A stretch of 64,000 bases of DNA from Allocoleopsis franciscana PCC 7113 (GTDB lineage: Bacteria; Cyanobacteriota; Cyanobacteriia; Cyanobacteriales; Coleofasciculaceae), in contig NC_019738.1 of assembly GCF_000317515.1 (NCBI RefSeq), positions 1,681,623-1,745,622 on the forward strand, given 5' to 3'. The notes beneath the pieces were generated by a model that worked only from the letters and a program-made list of their open reading frames with translations, did no database searches and was not told the DNA's origin. Position 1 is the stretch's first letter, and each line of letters opens with the position of its first letter. The position numbers and the translations under genes are program-made. This document shows positions 57,840-64,000 of the stretch, piece after piece.

Positions 57840-58466
57840 TTACTTATCAGGAGTCGTGGAGGAGGTAGACTCGCCACGGCGAGGTTTGGGATAGGGTGAA
57901 TCCACAAAGCCTAACTCAAGCAGTTGCTGATAAGCTTTTTTACCCAAGTCACGGGTTGGGTTCTGAGAACGAATAATCTGAATCAACAAGGGTACTGCCA
58001 ATTCGGGCTGATTTTGCGCCCGGTGTACCAGGGCTAGCTGATAGGTGGCTTCATCTCGCTTTTCAGCGGTTTCTAGGGCTTTTTTTCGCTGGGCTTCGTA
58101 AATCGGGTTATCGATTCCTGAGAAACTGGAAGACAGTTGTAAATGAAAAGTAGATAGCTGGTTGAAGACTTGACGTGCATCTTGGAGTTTTTTCGCAGCC
58201 AAAGGATAGTTCTGGCTACTAATGGCATTACTCGCCTCTTCCATCAAATTTTGCCCGCCTTGCAGACTCAGGATGCTGCCATCCTGATTCAAGGGTCGCA
58301 TATTATTAGGATCGGTCAAGTCAGGTTGGGTATCACTGGCACCTTCTGGAAGCGCAGGCACAGAATTTTGAGCCTGTGCGGGTGGCAGCAATGCCAAAGC
58401 TGCTGTGAAAGGTAAACAGACTAGGCAGGAAAAGCCAAAGCTACGAACAGTTCCAGAGGAGACCAT
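57840..58466 (-). CDS. hypothetical secreted protein (TPR-like helical)
   Basis: Signal peptide CLPFTAALALLPPAQAQ. Helical C-terminal region. No family assigned. Confidence 0.5.
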   Translation of the reverse strand: MVSSGTVRSFGFSCLVCLPFTAALALLPPAQAQNSVPALPEGASDTQPDLTDPNNMRPLNQDGSILSLQGGQNLMEEASNAISSQNYPLAAKKLQDARQVFNQLSTFHLQLSSSFSGIDNPIYEAQRKKALETAEKRDEATYQLALVHRAQNQPELAVPLLIQIIRSQNPTRDLGKKAYQQLLELGFVDSPYPKPRRGESTSSTTPDK

Positions 58467-58659
58467 GAAAGAATTGTGGGGGTATTGGAATATAAAACGT
58501 ATCTAAACTTTGGGTATCTTATCATTGCCAGACTGTGATTAAAGGTTCAGTTTTCTGGTATGGCAAGAGCCAAAGTCATGCGAGGGTTAGACTGAAATCA
58601 CTGTCTGAAAGTTTCCTAACCTTCCAGATGTAAAATTTTGGACTTAAGGAGTATAACCG

Positions 58660-60774
58660 ATGACCAGTCGTCCAGAGTCTTTACCAGAGGATTCTCACTC
58701 AACAGGGAGTGTCCCAGAACGAAGTGTAGGTGTACTTCTGCAACGGGGAGGTGAAGAACTGGCGATGGCGAAAGTGAGCGATCGCTTCACCGTTCGCCCC
58801 ACCTCCGAAGCAGCAGGAGAAGCGTTAGTACAAGCGTTGTCTGCCGAATACGAACAAACTATTCCTCACGCCCACCTCGAAGAATTTAAAGTCGCCCCGA
58901 AGCAGCGAGATCAGGTGATGCAAGCCGCCAGGGAAAGTGATTCTAGCGTCTTTGTCAGTCATGTTTATCAACTCAGAAATAATCCAGAAACACTGATTTA
59001 TCTGACCGATCAACTCACCATTCAATTTACTGAAGAAACAGAGGAGGAGGCGATCGCCAGCGTTGCCGCAGAATTTGGTCTTCAAACCGTCAAACCTGTG
59101 GATGGCATCCCCAACACTTTCGTCTTTCAACTCACCCCTAACGCCACAGAAAATCCGGTCAAAATCGCCAACCGACTCATGGGGCGTCCAGAAATTCTGA
59201 TCGCTGAACCCGAAATTGTCATCCCCAAAGAAGCTCATTATCGCCCCAAAGACCCCTACTATCCGAAGCAATGGTATCTCAATCATTCGGGCGGCTCAAT
59301 GCTGGCGGCAAATTCCCATATTCATGCCGAAAAAGCCTGGGATATTACCCGTGGCAATCGCTCGATTGTTGTCGCCGTCGCCGATGATGCCATTGACTTA
59401 AACCACTCAGATTTTCAGGGAACGGGCAAAATTGTCGCCCCCAAAGACTTTAAAGATAATGACTTCTTGCCACTGCCGGAAATCTCAGAAGAAAGTCATG
59501 GCACTGCCTGCGCGGGAATCGCTGTTGCGGAAGAAAACGGCGTGGGGATTGCGGGTGTTGCTCCGGGTTGTGCTTTGATGCCCATCCGCACAACTGGATT
59601 CCTGGATGATGACACGATTGAACAATTGTTTGACTATTGCATCGCCCAGAACGCCAGTGTCATTTCTTGCAGTTGGGGACCGGCTGCCGTTTACTTTCCC
59701 CTCTCCCTCCGCCAACGCGCTGCCCTCACTCGTGCTGCCACCAAAGGGCGTCAGGGGAAAGGTTGTGTCATTGTGTTTGCGGCGGGGAATGCCAATCGCC
59801 CTGTCAGTGGTACGGTTTATGAGAGAAGTTGGCCTAACGATTTGCTCAAAGGACCCACCAACTGGTTAGGTGGCTTCACGATTCATCCCGACGTGATTAC
59901 CGTTTCCGCTTGTACCAGCCTGAGCAAAAAATCCGCTTATAGTAACTGGGGAACGAATGTCTCCGTCTGTGCTCCTAGCAACAACGCGCCGCCGGGAATG
60001 TGGTTTGAACGCACAGGCTATATCAGTACAGCACCCGAACTGACGGTGCCACTTCCAGGATTAGGGATGTTCAGCGCTGACTTAGTAGGGGCGCTAGGTT
60101 ATGAATCAGGGGATTATGTGAGTACTTTTGGTGGTACCTCTAGTGCCTGTCCAGTTGTGGCTGGCGTTGCGGCACTGGTTCTCAGTGCTAACCCCGACCT
60201 CACAGCCCAAGAAGTCAAGCGTATTCTCCAAGAAACAGCGGATAAAATTGTTGACCGTGACGCCGATCCCCAGTTGGGGATGCGACTGGGTACTTACGAT
60301 ACGAACGGTCACTCTCAGTGGTTTGGCTATGGCAAAGTCAATGCCTTTAACGCCGTACAAGCCGCCCAACAAAAAACACCCCAAACTCCCCAATCCGGTA
60401 TTCGGCGTGTCTCTGGACGCAATGACAACCGTGTGGCAATTCCTGATGACAACCCTCAAGGCGTTACGAGTACGATTCAAATCAATGATTCGGCAGCCGT
60501 GCGAGAGATTCAGGTTACTGTCGATATTCAACACGACTTTTTGGGAGATATTGAGGTAACTTTGAAAGCGCCCAATGGTCAGGTTGTTTTGTTGCAAAAT
60601 CGCACGCTGGGTTCATTAACTCAGTTACAAAAAACCTATTCTGTGGAAACGACACCGGCCCTTAAGCAATTTCTGAATAAATCGGCGGCGGGGGTTTGGC
60701 AGTTGCAGGCGATCGATTATGCGCCGATGGATACGGGTATCCTCAAAAGCTGGGAATTAACGGTTGGCGTATAA
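58660..60774 (+). CDS. S8-family subtilisin-like serine peptidase with C-terminal proprotein-convertase P-domain
   Basis: Catalytic triad motifs VAVADDAID (Asp), HGTACAGIA (His) and GGTSSACPVVAG (Ser). C-terminal P-domain-like DFLGDIEVTLKAPNGQVVLLQNR. Confidence 0.85.
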   Translation: MTSRPESLPEDSHSTGSVPERSVGVLLQRGGEELAMAKVSDRFTVRPTSEAAGEALVQALSAEYEQTIPHAHLEEFKVAPKQRDQVMQAARESDSSVFVSHVYQLRNNPETLIYLTDQLTIQFTEETEEEAIASVAAEFGLQTVKPVDGIPNTFVFQLTPNATENPVKIANRLMGRPEILIAEPEIVIPKEAHYRPKDPYYPKQWYLNHSGGSMLAANSHIHAEKAWDITRGNRSIVVAVADDAIDLNHSDFQGTGKIVAPKDFKDNDFLPLPEISEESHGTACAGIAVAEENGVGIAGVAPGCALMPIRTTGFLDDDTIEQLFDYCIAQNASVISCSWGPAAVYFPLSLRQRAALTRAATKGRQGKGCVIVFAAGNANRPVSGTVYERSWPNDLLKGPTNWLGGFTIHPDVITVSACTSLSKKSAYSNWGTNVSVCAPSNNAPPGMWFERTGYISTAPELTVPLPGLGMFSADLVGALGYESGDYVSTFGGTSSACPVVAGVAALVLSANPDLTAQEVKRILQETADKIVDRDADPQLGMRLGTYDTNGHSQWFGYGKVNAFNAVQAAQQKTPQTPQSGIRRVSGRNDNRVAIPDDNPQGVTSTIQINDSAAVREIQVTVDIQHDFLGDIEVTLKAPNGQVVLLQNRTLGSLTQLQKTYSVETTPALKQFLNKSAAGVWQLQAIDYAPMDTGILKSWELTVGV

Positions 60775-60842
60775 GTAAGATAATTCAAAGCCTCTGTTTG
60801 TCTCTGTTTGTATAGTGGATAAGTCTTTCGTAGCCAGCCACG

Positions 60843-62297
60843 TTGGAACGTTTCATGCCAGAATTTCCGGTAAATGCTCGAAGAGCAAGTGCATATACCC
60901 TTCCCTCATTTTTAGGGAAGCTACAGATCAACTCTGTAGGTTGGATGATTGGCGTGAGTGCCTTAATTCTTTTCCTTTGCAGTAGCTTACGACACGTCCT
61001 GATCCAATCCACAGCCTACGATCTAGGATGGTTTGACCAAGCCATTTACTTAATTAGTCAGGGACAGCCACCGATTATTTCTTTCTCTGGAATGCATATT
61101 CTCGGAGGGCACGCTGAATGGATTGTTTATCTGCTGGCGGGCTTGTACAAAATTTACCCAACGGTTTACTGGCTATTTGCCGTGCAAGCCATTTCTTTAG
61201 CGATGGGTGCTTGGCCTACCTGGAGTTTAGCTCGTCAAGCCGGGTTAAAAGAATCTATTGCGATCGCAATGGCAGTGGTGTATCTGCTGTACCCCGTTGT
61301 TTTTAACGTAAATCTGTTCGATTTCCACCCGGAAGTGATGGCACTCCCAGTATTTCTGGCCGTCGTACTGGCAGCACGCTGCGACCGTGTGGGATGGTTT
61401 TGTGTGGGTATCGTCTTCATTTTGGGGTGTAGGGATGGTTTATCGCTGACTGTGGCGGCAATGGGTTTGTGGCTGCTGGTGTTTGAAAAGAAGCGTTTGT
61501 GTGGTGCTATTGCTCTTTTTGCAGGTGTTGCCTGGTTTTTAATTGCCACAAAAGTCATCATCCCCTCCTTCATCGGTAGTGGCCCGATCGCAGTGGCGCG
61601 TTATGCTGACTTAGGAAATTCACTTCCAGAAATTATCCTCAATCTCTTCCTGAAACCAGGGTTGGTGCTGAGCAAGGTCTTTACTTTGCCTAACCTGGAA
61701 TATATAGTCCTGTTGTTGTCGCCAGTCATTTGGGGACTTTCACCCCAGCACCTGACGCCTTTGGTCGGTACAATTCCCACGTTGGCGATGAACTTTCTCA
61801 CCGATTACCAACTTCAAAAAGATTTAATCCACCAGTATTCTGTTCCAGCGCTGCCTTTTTTATTGTTGGCAGTCATTTCAACGCTTGCCGATGGTAAGGG
61901 GTGGGTGCAAAGTAAGCGGGGAATCATTTTGTGGTCGTTGGTGGCGTTTATCGCTTTAGCCAAGTTTGGTTATTTTGGGTCTCGATATCTACAATCCCTT
62001 GATACATGGCAAGCAACGCGAGAGGCTATTGCTCAGATCCCAACCCAAAGCAGTATATTAGTCCCAGCTCATGTAGCTCCCCATCTATCCCACCGTCCCC
62101 GGTTTAAGCTGGCAATCAAAGGTTCTGAGTTAGCTGACTTAGCTGAATTTGAGTATGTCTTGCTAAATGGGCGTCATCCCGGCATCGATAGTTCTCCACA
62201 AGTGGTAGCCAAATTATTGGAGCGACTCCAAAAGACACCAACATTTCAATTAACCTATCTACGTGATGATGTTTATTTGTTTAAGAAAAAGGCTTAA
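60843..62297 (+). CDS. polytopic membrane protein, probably DUF2079 family
   Basis: At least 9 TM segments. The N-terminal YDLGWFDQAIYLISQG region matches my recollection of DUF2079. Confidence 0.5.
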   Translation: MERFMPEFPVNARRASAYTLPSFLGKLQINSVGWMIGVSALILFLCSSLRHVLIQSTAYDLGWFDQAIYLISQGQPPIISFSGMHILGGHAEWIVYLLAGLYKIYPTVYWLFAVQAISLAMGAWPTWSLARQAGLKESIAIAMAVVYLLYPVVFNVNLFDFHPEVMALPVFLAVVLAARCDRVGWFCVGIVFILGCRDGLSLTVAAMGLWLLVFEKKRLCGAIALFAGVAWFLIATKVIIPSFIGSGPIAVARYADLGNSLPEIILNLFLKPGLVLSKVFTLPNLEYIVLLLSPVIWGLSPQHLTPLVGTIPTLAMNFLTDYQLQKDLIHQYSVPALPFLLLAVISTLADGKGWVQSKRGIILWSLVAFIALAKFGYFGSRYLQSLDTWQATREAIAQIPTQSSILVPAHVAPHLSHRPRFKLAIKGSELADLAEFEYVLLNGRHPGIDSSPQVVAKLLERLQKTPTFQLTYLRDDVYLFKKKA

Positions 62298-62332
62298 TAC
62301 AACTAAATATGATCATTAATCATTGAATAAAG

Positions 62333-63007
62333 ATGACGTACCCTAAGGCACCTTGGACACTTCAGGGCTATGCACTCCAAACCTGCCAGTTACTCGATGC
62401 TAAAAAAGTACGTCCATTTATCCCGCCACAGTTTGAACTCGTTTGTGTTTTGCCGGGAAAAACCGTAGGTGGGATTTATGTTTCTCATTACGGTACAGGG
62501 TCTGTATTGGAATATAGCGAACTCATCGTTATCGCTGGTTTAGTCAGCTATTCAGGCCAAATTGGGGGCTGGGTTTCCCATATTTATGTAGATAATGCTG
62601 ATTCGGTGGCAGGGGGTCGAAATATTTGGGGATTACCGAAGGAATTAGCGGAATTTACTTGGGAGAAACAGAATTTTGCCAATACAGAGTATAAAAATCG
62701 CCTCCTAGTTCGTCAACAAGAACGAACCCTGTGCCAGTTTAGCTACAACCCACCCAACTTCGAGTTGCAGGTACCATTAAGTGCCAATGCTTTTAGCACG
62801 AAATCGGATTCTATTTTGTTATTTAAAAGTCATTTTGAGTCTCACATGAGCCTAATCGCGACACAATTGCAAGTACCGACGGAGAGTCCTTTTGCCAGTT
62901 TAGGCTTAGACCATCCTTGGTTAACACTTTGCTGGAATCAGTTGCGTTTGGTTGTTGGTTCGCCTGAAGCCGTTGGGTTGAGAGAACCTGTTGTCAGCCA
63001 GTTGTAA
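62333..63007 (+). CDS. acetoacetate-decarboxylase-like family protein (tentative)
   Basis: APWTLQGYALQT N-terminus and a size of about 224 aa resemble ADC-like proteins. The support is weak. Confidence 0.35.
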   Translation: MTYPKAPWTLQGYALQTCQLLDAKKVRPFIPPQFELVCVLPGKTVGGIYVSHYGTGSVLEYSELIVIAGLVSYSGQIGGWVSHIYVDNADSVAGGRNIWGLPKELAEFTWEKQNFANTEYKNRLLVRQQERTLCQFSYNPPNFELQVPLSANAFSTKSDSILLFKSHFESHMSLIATQLQVPTESPFASLGLDHPWLTLCWNQLRLVVGSPEAVGLREPVVSQL

Positions 63008-63589
63008 GACGAATGTGATCCCAAGGTAGTCGTCGGTATCAACATATCAATTCAATTGGCTAAGATGTACTAGTGCAGCGCGGCAGAAATAACCCACCAG
63101 TCCAAAAAGGTATAAAAAGCTTAGTGTACAAGCGTCCTTACCTTCTGCCTTCTTGCACTAGGTCAATAACTTACTGGTAATCCTGGCTCAGGCGACAAAG
63201 CGATAAGACCCGATCAGTCCTCTCCTCAAAGACCCGTTTGGTTGAGTTCGGTAAGCTGTCAAGTTTTCAAGTCACTAAATTGCACCCTAGAGAGGATAAC
63301 TTGTGAGCATAAACAGGACTAAGCTAGCTTAAAATACTAGTGAAGTAGATAATATAAAAATTTTTTGCACTACAATCTGACAAACGGTCAGAACCGAAGT
63401 AGTGATTAAGTAACGAATGGGTGCAGTCTAACCGAATTTCTGTATTCCTGTAATTCGGAGGCTGGAGTTGATCTAACAGTGCGACACGTTGTAGCAACAG
63501 CGTGTTAAATCTCAAAAAACTAGGGGAAATGTCCTGTGTTTACAGTCAGCGGATGGCTGGTCACCAATCCTGCGAAAAGAAAAGATCCT

Positions 63590-64000
63590 ATGATATCCAA
63601 AGGTCAACCGCTCTGTCCTTTGGGGATTAAGGTCAATTGGGTACACAAAGCCAAAAACATTGGTCTATCGCTGCTCCCTTGGGTTGTGTGCCTGATGTGT
63701 CCATGGAATATAGCGCAGGCACAATCCATCGTTCCAGCTTCCGATGGTACAGGTACTATTGTTACTCCTAACAACAATCCCCAGCAATTTGATATTCAAG
63801 GCGGCACTCAGTCAGGGGCAAATCTTTTCCACAGCTTCAGCCAGTTTGGTTTGGATCAAGGTCAGATTGCCAACTTCCTCTCTAACCCAACGATCCAGAA
63901 TATTCTGACCCGCGTTACGGGGGGCAGTGCTTCTTATATTAACGGACTCATCCAAGTTACGGGCGGCAGTTCCAATCTCTACATCATGAACCCGGCGGGG
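63590..64000 (+). CDS. second TPS (filamentous haemagglutinin N-terminal) domain protein, 3' end beyond the window
   Basis: [46 protein letters not shown] signal. Then [83 protein letters not shown], nearly identical in pattern to 22379..27103. Confidence 0.75.
   Translation, partial: MISKGQPLCPLGIKVNWVHKAKNIGLSLLPWVVCLMCPWNIAQAQSIVPASDGTGTIVTPNNNPQQFDIQGGTQSGANLFHSFSQFGLDQGQIANFLSNPTIQNILTRVTGGSASYINGLIQVTGGSSNLYIMNPAG

Noticed and set aside
1-64000. Search for tRNA, rRNA, CRISPR arrays, transposases or integrases
   Set aside because: No T-loop consensus (GTTCGAATC/GTTCAAATC) contexts. No regularly spaced direct repeats of CRISPR size. No ORF with DDE or tyrosine-recombinase motifs. None are reported.

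Overview
This 64-kb window looks like cyanobacterial chromosome. The octamer GCGATCGC (HIP1) occurs dozens of times, and there are short heptamer tandem repeats of the STRR type. GC content is about 50 percent. I support roughly 50 protein-coding genes and found no rRNA, tRNA, CRISPR array or transposase.

Housekeeping genes I recognise with good confidence:
- adenylosuccinate lyase (purB)
- PEP synthase (ppsA)
- RecR
- lipoyl synthase (lipA)
- zeta-carotene desaturase (crtQ)
- citramalate/isopropylmalate synthase family
- lactate/malate dehydrogenase
- a BolA plus monothiol glutaredoxin pair
- an S8 subtilase
- an ABC ATPase
- two response regulators

Several blocks look accessory rather than core:
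- A TPR-CHAT protein lies next to a very large protein that has a filamentous-haemagglutinin (two-partner-secretion) N-terminal domain, a Chlamydia-Pmp-like beta-helix, a Calx-beta domain, a Pro/Ser/Thr linker and a C-terminal CHAT caspase-like protease. A paralogous TPS-domain gene starts at the window end.
- A five-gene cluster at 27663..41197, tightly spaced on one strand, encodes secreted or cell-surface proteins: a DUF11 plus Cna-B-like protein, a roughly 1500-aa predicted outer-membrane beta-barrel with an extended signal peptide, a beta-helix protein with an OmpA-like peptidoglycan-binding C-terminus, and two tandem paralogous DUF11-repeat proteins whose end domains I cannot assign. This is my best candidate for an undescribed surface-structure or secretion module.
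- A zinc-ribbon/PP2C phosphatase gene next to an FHA/Ser-Thr kinase gene.
- A small island holding an XRE regulator, a DUF559 endonuclease-like gene bounded by a 38-bp GC-hairpin repeat family, and a Uma2-family endonuclease.

All functional calls rest on motifs I recognise in the translations; no database search was run.
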